Positions 1 to 14,996 of a stretch of DNA of 64,000 nt are shown here, in pieces (within the stretch, counting starts at the first letter, position 1; each line of letters opens with the position of its first letter). The notes under the pieces were generated by a model, which was not told the DNA's origin, did not search any database, and saw only the letters and a program-made list of their open reading frames with translations. The stretch covers positions 13,640,001 through 13,704,000 of the forward strand of contig OZ024760.1 of the NCBI GenBank assembly GCA_964016885.1. The letters are read 5' to 3'. The translations under genes were made by a program, and so were the position numbers. This DNA comes from Eledone cirrhosa (Eukaryota).

Positions 1-2105
<2,105 letters not shown>

Positions 2106-2520
2106 TTGCCTCCCTTGCTGAACTCCACGTGGGTTCAGTAATAGTCACACTTATGTATAGCATTTGGGCAAAAACCTGTTGATAAAGTGACTTCCTTGTT
2201 CGGTCATCTTACCAGAAGCCTAACATTCTTTATGTAAGCGGACAGTAATTAATTTATGGAGTCGCAGAAACCTAAATACTGGATTTTACCATCACTCCAG
2301 GGGTCCGGGTAAATTTTCAATCACATATATTTTTTATTGTTTGACCCGAATTGGTCGTTTTTTTTTGGCTTTGCGGATGATCAGTTTAACCACCATCTCA
2401 GTGTGTTTGGCCTTTAACGTATGTTTTAGCTCTGATTCATATGAATCATCGAGCGCTTGCCACACATCTCGGAAGTTGTTTTTCGTTAATTCCTGAGCTG
2501 AAATACGATTCTCGCTAATT
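2106..2520. mobile_element. Interspersed repeat fragment inserted in a (TA)n tract
   Basis: Its end (gctgaaatacgattctcgctaa, gagcgcttgcc) is reverse-complement similar to 17756-17895 (tcagcgagaatcgtatttcggcc, ggcaagcgctc). Both copies are flanked by TA tracts. Confidence 0.55.
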
Positions 2521-3028
2521 TATATTTGTATATATATATATATATATATCCAAAATGACAAAATACCAAGGTTAAAAACTTACAATCTATTTAATTTCTA
2601 CGTCTCTTTCAATTCGGTTACAATATTACATGCATATGCAAACGGTCAGAAATAATTAATTAGCAATTATTGACACCATACATAATACATATGACTGGAT
2701 TTCTTCGGGAAATGTGAGAAGGAACAAAGTTTACCAGATTCAAAGAGTATATATACACACACACATGCATATATATTTATATATTTATATATATACATAT
2801 ATATATATATCATCATCATCATATATGTATATATAGTGGGTGTATAAGGACAGAACCAGAAAGTCTGAGATGGCGACCCATAGTATTCAACTTGCTGAAA
2901 GCTGACACGACGCCCGATGTTGATGTTTTATGTAAATTTAAGTCTGGAACTAGCTGTTGAAACGGCAAGAGCTCAGCCGTTGGGCCCTGACTCTTTCGTA
3001 TATATACACACACACTCACACATATGTG

Positions 3029-3237
3029 AAAGCATGGCGTTCGACCCTCTACCGATACTGCCAATCCACCGCATATATATAATGTTCCCCCTTCATACAC
3101 ATACACACATGTATATCATGACTCATACACTATTCACTTCCCTGACATTTGTGTATTATTCCATGTACTATACATGCACCTTTGACGAGTTGTAGTGCAC
3201 CTGAGCACTTTACACAATAATTTTATTATTATTATTA
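3029..3237 (+). repeat. ~200-bp direct duplication of 4996-5204
   Basis: Same sequence from aaagcatggcgttcgaccctctacc through gtgcacctgagcactttacacaataattttattattatt at both sites. Confidence 0.9.
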
Positions 3238-3441
3238 TATGTATACATATACATGCATACGTTCATGTATATATATATATATGTCCCACCCTTGCAAGCA
3301 GGGAAAAGCGGACGTAAAATGAAATGATGATGATGATGATGATGATAAACGTTAAGACTCTTCCTACTATATCAAGTGTTAAACTAATATCTCCATTGTA
3401 CTGTATCGTTTCACGGTGTTGCTTATCCATTTTGTTTTCAG

Positions 3442-3506
3442 ATTTGGTAAAAAAGACGTATTTCAATTCAGCTTATGCTATGTTAACACACTATACTCCA
3501 TCTTAA
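3442..3506 (+). other. Candidate terminal coding exon (x-LVKKTYFNSAYAMLTHYTPS*)
   Basis: Acceptor tccattttgttttcAG in a non-repetitive island; phase-1 frame to TAA; no homology evidence. Confidence 0.25.
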
Positions 3507-4140
3507 GCAGCTGTATATACTGTACACCTTTGTAAGGTAAATTGAAATTGATTGTAATGTTTCAATCAGGTATTTTGGGTGCAAGTTCTTTATCAATTTT
3601 ATGTCTATATCTCTTTCATCTTATCTCTTATCTCTCTTTTATCTTCTCTCTCATCCTCTCTTTCTTTCATTTATCTCTCACCCTCTCTTCTCACCCATCT
3701 CTCTCACACCCTCTCTTCTCACTCACCCTCTCTTCTCACTCACCTCTCTCTCACCCTCTCCATTATTAGAATGTAGATTATTTGGAGAGTCAGACAAATG
3801 GATGTCTTTTATGGATTTACATACAAGACATAAATTAACTGAATACACTGGACAGTCAGATAGGCACACACATACATGTTGTACATACATAGGCATGCAT
3901 GCAGGCATACATACTGCCCTGTGTACATTCACACACTTATATACAGTATATGTGAAATAGCCTTTGAAATGGCTGGAGCTAAGCCGTCGGGGTCCCGAAT
4001 CCTTTATATATATATATTTTTCATTTGTTAACATTTTGAATATTAAAAGCTCCAGGTAAACTCTTTGTTGAGTGCTTCTAATCTATTGTAAAATTGTATT
4101 CGTTGAGTAATCAACGAACCATACTAATCTTTGGTTATAT

Positions 4141-4445
4141 ATCATCATCATCATCATCATCAACGTTTAACGTCCGTGTTCCACGCTTGCATGGGTTTGG
4201 ACGGGGGTATTCCCACTTGAGGCAAGAGTGATTGTCTTGCTCGCATAGGACTGTCTGGCAGGTTTTCTACAGTTGGATGCCCTTCCTAACACCAACCACA
4301 TTTACAGTGTGGGACTGGGAGGTTTTTACCGTGTTGCCTACATGGCCACATTACAGCGTGGACTGTGTGTTTTTTTGTCGTGACACCTACACGATCTCAT
4401 TTGTTTCGGCCTGGATGTTGTGGCACCAACATAACTTCACATAGG
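4141..4445 (-). mobile_element. RTE-type LINE 3' UTR fragment with (GAT)n tail
   Basis: Reverse complement closely matches 58720-59030 and 63700-63890 (ggttggtgttaggaagggcatcca...ggacgttaaa(gat)n). Confidence 0.8.
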
Positions 4446-4608
4446 AGGGGGTGGTGTGGATGGGGGTGTGGGTGGTGGGACGGGGGTGTATTTTGTTAGA
4501 GATGCCTACTGGCTGTAGTAGGTTTTACATATATATATATATATCATCATCATCATCATCATCCTCGTTTAACGTTCACTTTCCACGCTACCATGGGTTA
4601 GACGGGGA

Positions 4609-4640
<32 letters not shown>

Positions 4641-4652
4641 ATATATTATAAA

Positions 4653-4842
4653 GGGTGGTGAATTGGCAGTATCGGTAGAGGGTCGGGTGCCATGCTTTGA
4701 CGCATAGAGTTATGGACATTTATGATGTGAATTCAAATCCCGCCAAGGTTAATTTTGCCTTTCATCCTTACGGGGTCGATAAAATAAAGTACCAGTAATG
4801 TACTGGTTAATTGCTGGCCTTGTGCCAATAGTAGAAACAATT
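4653..4842 (+). mobile_element. tRNA-derived SINE, family A
   Basis: A box TGGCAGTATCGG, B-box-like AATTCAAATCCC, conserved body gcctttcatccttacggggtcgataaaataaagtaccag; >15 copies or fragments in the window. Confidence 0.9.
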
Positions 4843-4852
4843 ATATATATAT

Positions 4853-5038
4853 AATTGTTTCTACTTTAGGCACAAGGCCAGCAATTACCCAGTGCATTAC
4901 TGGTACTTTATTTTATCGACCCCGTAAGGATGAAAGGCAAAGTCAACCTCGGCGGGATTTGAACTCAGATCGTAAAGGGACGTAACTATGCTGGAAAGCA
5001 TGGCGTTCGACCCTCTACCGATACTGCCAATCCACCGC
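4853..5038 (-). mobile_element. tRNA-derived SINE, family A (tail-to-tail with the previous copy)
   Basis: Reverse complement of the family A consensus, with GAGTTCAAATCCC B box on the minus strand. Confidence 0.9.
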
Positions 5039-5305
5039 ATATATATAATGTTCCCCCTTCATACACATACACACATGTATATCATGACTCATACACTATT
5101 CACTTCCCTGACATTTGTGTATTATTCCATGTACTATACATGCACCTTTGACGAGTTGTAGTGCACCTGAGCACTTTACACAATAATTTTATTATTATTA
5201 TTATTATTATTATTATATTATATCTATGTATATTATATATATATATGTATATTATATATATATATGTATATTATATATATATATGTATATTATATATATG
5301 TATAT

Positions 5306-5360
<55 letters not shown>

Positions 5361-6441
5361 ATATATTTTATATATATACGATATTATACAGAAACAGACG
5401 CATAACAATTACATCATTTATGATTAAAAGCGTTCTGGCCATGACAATCCCATTGTTTTGGTAGTGTGTGATAGATATTTGAGGCAGACTTTGGCTGCTA
5501 CTTCTAGCTTGCTAAGCGTCTGTATAGAGGCTCCTCCATCAATGTTTTGCTGGGAGGAATGGGATGAAAGATTATGTAGGAGAGTGTGGGGGGAGAGAGA
5601 GATGTTTACCAGGGTGTTCAGTTGATAGACTACAGGCAGAAGGGGGTTGGGCGGGGCAGCTAAACTCCCTACTACTTAGGATGTTTTTAAGGCATTAAAT
5701 TTGACCCCCTTTTTTCAATGTGTGTAAAACTGTTTCTCTTTATTCCTTATTTTATCCCCTCCCTCCAACCCCCATGAATCAATGCTAGAAATTGGGGTGG
5801 GAGGGGGGCTCTTTTTCTGGTTTGGTTTTGTCTTTTGTAAATAGTTTTTCAAATGTAGGCTTGGATTCTATGCATGTGTGTGTATACACACACATGTACA
5901 CACACTCATGCATATATATATATACACACATGTACACTCACACATATACAGGCCTATACACACATGCATGTACACAAACACACACATATACATATATACA
6001 CACAGTTCTTGAAAATCTCACTTTTGGAGATGAAGAAATCTTTAGAGGATTTTAAACCTTAGAAGATCCTGGTTTCCTCGCTAAACAAATACTTCAGAAG
6101 GGTTTAAGATATTCCAGAAATTCAATAAAACCAGTCTTCAATTTTAATGTACGCTAGAATTAAATTCAACAGTAATCATCATCATCAGTTCTGCGTCAAC
6201 TTTTTTCATGCTGGTATGGGTTGGATGAGAGATGTTCAATAGCCAGGTGTGCTTCCTGGCGGCAATCAACCCTTTTAATCAGCGGTTAGGAAATGCAAGG
6301 ATACTGTGTACCTATTCTAAAAAACAGAGATACACAATTTTAAGATATTCCAGAGATAGATTCAACAACCAATTTTATCCTTTATCCTGTCTCTGTCTGC
6401 AATTTTATTCATTCATTCACCTTCTCCCTCTCCCCCCATTT

Positions 6442-6495
<54 letters not shown>

Positions 6496-6942
6496 GAATG
6501 TCCCATGCAGTTAAGATCTTATGAAATTAATTTAAAGAAAGGTGGCCGAAGACATTGGAAAGAGAGAAGAATTACAGGACAGTCCATTCACATCAGTCGA
6601 CCTCTGGAGGTTATATTTACATCATTAACTATACGGAATGACCAGTTCTATCCACCAAATCTTTGGTTATTTTCAAAATGATTTGAAACCATATTTCTAA
6701 CTCTTTTGTTAAAAATATGGTAATGAAAGAGTCAATCAGGCATTTCTTCTCAATCAGGATATTGACCTTAACATCATCAACATCATCATCAACTATAAAA
6801 TATAAGCATAATGTTTTGAAAAAGAAGAAAATCAAGGTTTTAAAGCAATGTATCATTTCAATGGTTTTATTAGTTTTTCAATAAAGGAATGGAGTAGCTC
6901 GATGGAATGATAAGACACATGTGGTATATAGGTGTCATTAGT

Positions 6943-7145
6943 GGATGGGAATAGTGATGGATATGATGATGGCAGTGATGTTGTTGGTGGGAGTAGTAGT
7001 GTTGATGGGAATAGTGATGGATATGATGATGGCAGTGATGTTGTTGGTGGGAGTAGTAGTGTTGATGGGAATAGTGATGGATATGATGATGGCAGTGATG
7101 TTGTTGGTGGGAGTAGTAGTGTTGATGGGAATAGTGATGGATATG
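6943..7145. repeat. 60-bp tandem repeat, ~3.4 near-perfect copies
   Basis: Lines 6961, 7021 and 7081 are identical. Confidence 0.95.
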
Positions 7146-10100
7146 TTGATAATGAGGATTGTTGTAGGTCTTAGGTAGTAGTAGGATTGATGTTTCCTTC
7201 CAGTCATGTCATTGAATAAGAGAGTCCATTGTTACCATGGACAGTGAACTGATTCATGTTTCCTGTTGTTGTATATAATGCTAGACTAGGTGCTTGTTGT
7301 ATGAAATAAGAAGAAAAAAACCCTTGTTTCTTATACCAAGTGGCAACAACTCAGCTAAGTTTCTTGCTTGGTTATTTTGGGTTTTTGTTTTAACTACATT
7401 TTTTCCTGTTTTTTTTTTCGTTTTTATTTTTAACTGTTTTTCTCTCTCCTTGTCTTTTGTTTCTGTGATTCCTTTCTTAAGAGAGGCAAACTTATATAAC
7501 ATAGCATAATGTCTTATTTTCCACTGTTTACAAACTCTCTCAACAAATGTGTATTATGTATTTCTAGAGCAGAAGTTCCCAGTTGTTTACAGTTTCATGT
7601 TTTCTCTATATTCTTCCTTCTTCCTGTTTCCTATTTTAGAAGCAAAATGGCTAAATGGACTTGGTATCGAAGTACCTATGATGCTGGTGATGATCTTCAT
7701 CATCATCACCACCTATAACATCCATTTTCAACGTTATGAGGCCAGATAAGTCAGGTGACCATATCTTGGACATACACTCCATTTTTTGGCTTGGTTTTCT
7801 ATGGCTGGATGCCTTTCCTAATACCAACCACCTTATAGGGTGAACTGGGGGCTTTTTGTCATGGCACCAGTACTACCACCTTGCAGGGTGGACTGGATGC
7901 TTTTTGTTATGGAACCAACACTACCACCCATTAAAATCATTAGATCTTAATCAGGTGTTATTTCTATATATTTTTTATCACTTTTAATCACTTTTAATAC
8001 CAACCTAGCCCCCAAACTGCCATGGGTCCTATGAAACACAACCACTTATTTCAAAGAGTTCCTATTTAAATTAAGATCTGCCAACATAATTTGATATAAA
8101 AACCTTTTGTTAGATTATGCTGCAAATACTATCATAATAATAAAATAATTAATTAATAATTTTAGTTAATATAAAGAACGATGTGCTCATGTGCAAAGAT
8201 ACTATAAAATAGGCTTCCATAGTTTCCATCCAACTCTGCCTCCCCAATGGCCAGTTGAAGGATGTGGCAGAATAACTTACCCAAGGTCCCACACATTGAG
8301 ATAGAACCTGAAGCCAGTAGTTACAAAGTGTCCTTTTCCTGGTTGTCTCAAAATATCCCTCAGATAGAAACAACAGCTTAAGCCCACCTCCCTCCACACT
8401 GATTACATTACACCAATGTAACTATCAACAATTAGATTATATCAATATAATTATCATCAATATCTTCATCCTAGCTCTGATAATTGATTATTGTTGGCAA
8501 TCAAGATATCATTAATGCTAAGAAACATTGACATTTTCGTTTAAGCTTGTGGGATGCTCCAACTTGCCCCCTCGCTCCACATCACAGTTCTTTGGTGTGT
8601 TTGTTGTGTTGTATTTATTTTGTTTCACTCATCATCATAAGTTGTTTAACTCTTGATGTCCTGTACTACATGAAATTGCAGTTGCAAGACATTCTTGAAA
8701 ACAACAAAACAGCAGCCCTGTGACTGCATCACATTACTGCAGATTTGTACAACAACCTGTCCACTAGTTAAGATGTTATAAACATTTGAATTAACAATCT
8801 TCATTAGCAAGACATTCTTGAAAAGAACAATGACTGCATCACATTAAAAAGGAAAGTCTTTAGTTTACATTACTGGAAGTTTGTACAATAATCTGTTCAC
8901 TTGTAAAGCTACTATAAACATTTTTTGAATTTAGAAAGAATATGAAATGACATTAACAAAACTGTGTTGAAAATTATAAATAAAAAGCAGCAGCACTATG
9001 AGAGGAGTACATCTTGCCTGAGAAAGGAGCCCCCTGAGATAGTGGTTGGTGAAGCGTATGATACTGGCCGTTCTCCATGGCAATGCCTTTACTATTTTGT
9101 CTGCAGAGGGTGCAGTTGGGATTTAATGCCTAGACTAGGGTGTGAAAGATAATTGGAGTAAGCAAGGGGTGGAAGGTCTACTGCCCAATATTTAACTGTT
9201 AAAGTGACTCTATATTAAGGTTCTTCAACTTAAACTGCTGTCTTTAAATCCTACTTCCACTTCTCTCTTCAGCTTCTGTTTTCACAATTTGGCAAATCAA
9301 TATCTCGGGTTTTATTTTGAGTCTTTTTAAAAATTATTATTACTATTAATAATAATAATATTTTTTTCTTTTCAATATGGCCTTCAGTAAAATGTTTAAA
9401 AAATTTATATTCAATTTTGACATTGATCGGCAGAAAAGGAAGAGGTTGATATAGTGTGTGTAGCTGTGAAGTAGTAAATTCTAGAGGAAAGTTTAGAAAT
9501 TATTAGCACAGAGCTATCTCTTTCATCATCGTCACCATCACCATCACCATCATCATCATCGCCATCATCACCATCACCATCACTGCCATCATCGTTTAAC
9601 ATATGTTCTCCATGCTTGCATAGGTTAGCCGAGTTGTTATGACGCTTGGCAGCTCAGGTCCCCAATTGTTCATATGCCCCATTTTTGGCTTGGTTTTCCA
9701 GCACTGGATGCCCTTCCCAACACCAAGCACTTTATAGCATGTTCTGGCAGCTTTTTTCATTACACCAGCATCAACACCTAATTTTCTCATTCCATATCCT
9801 GTCAGCCCCTACCTCCCTCTCAATGTGTGTCTCTCTCTCTCTCTCTCTCTCTCTTTCACTCTCTCTCTCTCTCACACACACTCTATAAATCCTACAGACC
9901 CCCCCACCACCACCACCACCATCACCATCCATATCCTATTAGTCCTTGCCTCTATCTTAGTACTTATCTACCTCTCTATCACTCCATAATCCTATCCACC
10001 CCGTTCTTGCTTCATTTAAGATACTAATAACATCAAAGTATCTCTTTGTTTTAATAGGGATAATCTTAAACAGGATATAGATTATCTATTTTAAACAATT

Positions 10101-10243
10101 AAGGTCTTATTGTAATTAATGGCAACCCTAATTAATAAGCTCTAACCGTAGCCAAACGAGTGAAACCCTTATATGATCAGTCAACTCGTTAGATACAGCA
10201 ATCAGTTCTCCCTAAATCATTACAGGATGTTAAGAGTTAAACC

Positions 10244-10430
10244 CCCATATTTACTGCAGTAGTAAATCAGTAATGAAACGAAAAAGAGAGAGAGGAGCCC
10301 TTTTCTCTTTTAACCCTCATATTTACTGCAGTAGTAAAACAGGAATGAAACGAGACAGGTTTTCACAGACAAAAGATAAACATTCCAAAGAGAAAATATA
10401 TCAGAAACCTAAACATTGACAAACGAAATA
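10244..10430 (+). repeat. Low-copy repeat, inverted partner of 34169-34417
   Basis: tcagaaacctaaacattgacaaacgaaata and the ~78-bp tactgcagtagtaaa...gagcccttttctcttttaac unit are reverse complements of 34169-34417. Confidence 0.85.
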
Positions 10431-10473
10431 CCAAGCAAGAGGTATTGTATACAAGATGAAACAGGTGTTGTTG

Positions 10474-10603
10474 CAGGTGTATGGCTTTGGAGGGGTTAAT
10501 GACTCACTCAGGTGTATGGCTATGAAAGGGTTAATGACTCAGGTGTATGGCTATGAAAGGGTTAATGACTCAGGTGTATGGCTATGGAGTGGTTAATGAC
10601 TCA
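10474..10603. repeat. ~31-bp minisatellite x4
   Basis: caggtgtatggctatgaaagggttaatgact repeated. Confidence 0.9.
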
Positions 10604-10970
10604 GGGAGCTGTGTAGTATTTTAAGTATGGTATTTTTTTATAAACTGTGTCATGAATTGACAGAAGTGGAACTTTTTTTTCTTTTCATTTGTGTCACAGC
10701 TGTAAATCAGGAATGCCTAAACAGTTAATTATAAACTAATGATATTTGAACTGCTTGCTTATTTTATAGTTTATAGAGAGATGTAATTGTTGTTGTTTAG
10801 CCTCAGTTCTACCCTGGTTAAAGCTGTTTCAGCCATGACCATCCAGTCAACTGTCTTTTAAAAAGATTTTTATTTTTATTTGAAGATTTTGTTGCTATAT
10901 TTAGCAGATTCAATGACCATATAGAGACTTGTGGGAAAATGTACTACTACTAGTAGTAGTAGTAATAGTA

Positions 10971-11355
10971 ATTGTTTCTACTTTTGGCACAAGGCCAGCA
11001 ATTACCCAGTGCATTACTGGTACTTTATTTTATCCACCCCATAAGGATGAAAGGCAAAGTTAACCTCGGCGGGATTTGAACTCAGAATGTCAAGGGGCTT
11101 AACTCTATACGTCAAAGCATGGCGTCCGACCCTCTACTGATACTGCCAATCCACCGCCATAATAATAATTGTTTCTACTTTAGGCACAAGGCCAGCAATT
11201 ACCCAGTGCATTACTGGTACTTTATTTTATCGACCCCGTAAGGATGAAAGGCAAAGTCAACCTCGGCGGGATTTGAACTCAGATCGTAAAGGGACGTAAC
11301 TATGCTGGAAAGCATGGTGTCCGACCCTCCACCGATACTGCCAATCCACCGCCAT
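10971..11355 (-). mobile_element. Two tandem family A SINEs
   Basis: Full copies at ~10971-11159 and ~11167-11353, each ending aattgtttctac on the + strand. Confidence 0.9.
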
Positions 11356-13610
11356 AATAATAATAATAGTAGTTAATATTTATCTCCAGATCATCTTAAT
11401 AAGTATGTGTTCCAACTATGACTAATATGGTTTAAAGTGTCTTTCAGGTGTGACATTATTTTTACATTATCATCATTTAATGTCCTCTTTCCCTACAAGC
11501 AAGGGTTGGATGGGTCTACATAGACCAAGACAGTACTGAAATGGGGTTACTGACCTCCCAGACAGAACGAGGGGTCTGTATTCCACTTACATACGGTCAT
11601 ATCAAGTGCAGAGGAGGAAGTTGTGTTTTTTGACACAAACTGAAGGGTCTTCCCAACCCAAGGTTTCTATGGTTGGATGCCCTTTCTAACACTAACCACT
11701 TTACAGCTTGTACTGGGTGTGTTTATTGTGTAGATCACCAGCACTGGGGTGGGTGTTGTGTCCTTGACATAACTAAAGGGTCCCCCCAACTCTTTGTTTT
11801 GCAAGCTTTCTACTTCGATAAAGCTTATTTTTGTTTGTTTACAGTAGACCCTTCCTTCTTCAAGTTTATTAATATATGTATGTGTGTATATGTATATATA
11901 ATTCTCAGACTATATGTATGTATATATATATAAATACAGTATATATATATATTCTGAGAATTCACATTCAACAAGTGTTTCCAGTGGTTTCCTATTTCTG
12001 TCTTTACTCTATTATACGGTATTGTGTTATGTCAGTACTAAAACTATTGCTCTGGCTACTTGACCAACTTGGACTTCACTACATCTACTATTATTACTAT
12101 TGTTGTTGTTGCTATTGTTACTGTCATTGTTGTCGTCTTCTCTGCAACCTTCATCTAATTCTGGATTGTGTTATTCTGTAGTAAGATGTGCCACTTCAGT
12201 ATTCATTCACACACAGACACACACATATATATATACACACACAAACACATATATACACACCTGATATTTCTCTCTCACACACACACACCTGATGCTTCAT
12301 ACACACACACACACAATAGATATTTATATCTACATCAGTATTTTCCAAAGTGGATTCCATGTGATAAGGAGTCTTTTAATAAAAAATATATTTTTTACGC
12401 ACACACACACACACCAAATTACAAGAGATTATATTACTAAATCCCTTCAAATTCTAGATTATTTTTGAATGGATTTGAAAATCACAAGTAGGATTTTTCA
12501 TTGGAAATATAGTAATGAAAGGGTTAATGTGTTTATATTTAGCTAAAAACATACCTTCATAATTTTATGTAAGAACTTTTAAGTTATTTTCCAAACACCA
12601 AGAGTGTCTTTCATTAGAAATATGGTAAAGAAAAGGTTAATGTTTGTATTTATCTAAAAATCTACCATCATAATTCTACATAAGAATCTTTGTATTCTAA
12701 TTACCAATTAAATAAGCAGAAGTAAGAAAGGATGGCAATGAAAGCATTGGACCAGACTACTTAAAAGTGAAAATGAAAGCTATTCATTAAAGCTGCTCTT
12801 GAAGAAAGTTGTATTACTAAGTCCCCTCAAATTCTTGATTATTTTCAAAGCAGCATCTTTGGTTGGAAATACGGTAATGAAAGGGTTAAACTATTACAGG
12901 AAGGAGTAAATAGCTGATTAGATCAATAGATGATTAGATCAATATGTTGTGTATAGAAAATATCTGGCTTCAAGAAAATTGGACAGTTGGCAGGAATTCA
13001 TAGTTGGCAGCTTTGTTGTTGGTGTTTATTTGTAAGGTAAGAAAAGGTGTGCGGTGGGGGTAGGGTTGTGGTGGGGAAGTTATGGTTGTGGTGGTTGTGG
13101 TGGTGGTGGTAGGGAGGTTGTGGTGGTGGTGGGGCTGTGACTGTAGTGATGGGGTGGTGGTGGTAGTGGTAGGGTGGTGATGGGGCGGTGACTAGTGATG
13201 GGGTTGTGGTGGTAGTAGTGGTAGGGAGGTTATGGTGTTGGTGGTGGGGCTGTGACTGTGGTGATGGTATTAGAAAGTTCTTTGAACTAGAGAGAATGAT
13301 TATTGGGTTTTGATTAAGGTGTGACATAAGGTGAAACAATAATGTTACAGACTCATTAGTTTTTACAAGAGGTTTCATAAAGATTTCAATAATTCCTGAT
13401 TGCTTCTATGTCCATTGATCTGCCATCTCGGACATTGATTTTTAACCAATTGCTGACCATATTTATCACATTCATCTAGCTAGCCCCCGTGGTTAGGGTG
13501 TAAGGTGGTGCCTGTAACCATTTTTAGAGCAGGGTCTTACATATTTGTCAGGGAAAGGGAAGAAAATCTCTTCAAACCAGAGACCTGGTCCTACAACTTG
13601 TACCAGAGTG

Positions 13611-13647
<37 letters not shown>

Positions 13648-13850
13648 ATCTATCTCATTACATTTTTAATGTCTAGTTAACATATTTATTACTTCTTATA
13701 TTAAACATGTCAACACCAATTTAACTATCTACCGACTTATCTGTCTGTCTACCTGTCTATCTAACATATTTAATGTCTAGTTAACAAATCTAATACTCCT
13801 TATATTAACCATACTAACACCAATTTAACTACCTATCTACCTATTTCAAG

Positions 13851-13936
13851 CTACACATTTTACTCGTTTCCATCTGTTGAGAGTGGAGCATGAAGAGAAT
13901 GAAGAACTGTCACCGTCCAATTACAGTAGTGTGTAA
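13851..13936 (+). other. Candidate terminal coding exon (x-THFTRFHLLRVEHEENEELSPSNYSSV*)
   Basis: TACTAAC branch-point match at 13812-13818, pyrimidine-rich tract, AAG acceptor, phase-1 frame ending in the PDZ-ligand-like SSV*; no homology evidence. Confidence 0.3.
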
Positions 13937-13944
13937 TAGTTATT

Positions 13945-14880
13945 GGTGTGGTGTAGTGGTGTTGTGGTGTGGTGTGGTGGTGTAGCGTAGTGATGTGGTG
14001 TGGTGTGGTGGTGTAGCGTAGTGGTGTGGTGTGGTGGTGTAGCGTAGTGGTGTGGTGTGGTGGTGTGGTGGTGTAGCGTAGGGGTGTGGTGTAGTGGTGT
14101 AGCGGTGTGGTGTGGTGTAGTGGTGTGGTGGTGTGATGGTGTAGCGTTGTGGTGTGGTGGTGTAGTGTAGTGGTGTGGTGTGGTGGTGTGGTGTGTAGTA
14201 GTTGGTGGTGTAGTGGTAGTTAGTAGTATGGTGTGGTGGTGTAGCAGTGTAGTGGTGTGGTGTGGTGTGTAGTAGTAGTTAGTAGTATGGTGTGTGTGGT
14301 GTAGTGGTGTGGTGGTGTAGTGTAGTGGTGTGGTGTGTAGTAGTTGGTGGTGTAGTAGTAGTTAGTAGTATGGTGTGGTGTAGTGTAGTGGTGTGGTGGT
14401 GTAGTGTAGTGTAGTGGTGTGGTGGTGTTGTGGTGTGTAGTAGTTGGTGGTGTAGTGGTAGTTAGTAGTATGGTGTGGTGTGGTGTGGTGGTGTAGCATA
14501 GTGGTGTGGTGTAGTGATGAGGTGTGGTGTGGTGGTATAGTGGTAGTTAGTAGTGTGGTGTAGTGGTAGTTAGTAGTATGGTGTGGTGTAGTGTACTGGT
14601 AGTTAGTAGTGTGGTGTGGTGTACTGGTAGTTAGTAGTGTGGTGTGGTGTAGTGGTAGTTAGTAGTGTGGTGTGGTGTAGTGGTAGTTAGTATGGTGTGG
14701 TGTAGTGATAGTTAGTAGTGTGGTGTGGTTTAGTGGTAGTTAGTAGTATGGTGTGGTGTAGTGGTAGTTAGTATGGTGTGGTGTAGTGATAGTGGTGTGG
14801 TGTGGTGTAGTGGTAGTTAGTAGTATGGTGTGGTGTAATTAGTAGTCACGGGTGATGTGGTGTAGTGTAGTAGTTAGTAT
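13945..14880. repeat. GT-rich complex satellite (GTGGT/GTAGT/GTTAGTA)
   Basis: Direct inspection. Confidence 0.95.
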
Positions 14881-14996
14881 ATGTGTCTGTGTGTTATATA
14901 TATACACTCTCCCATAACAATGTGTGTACTAAGCCAGTACAGTATAATTGCAGCAGGGGGGGAGGGGGAAAAAACAGAAACTATCTCTTAAAAAAC

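Noticed and set aside
6932-7207. ORFs over the 60-bp tandem repeat
   Set aside because: Open in several frames because of repeat composition; no coding evidence.
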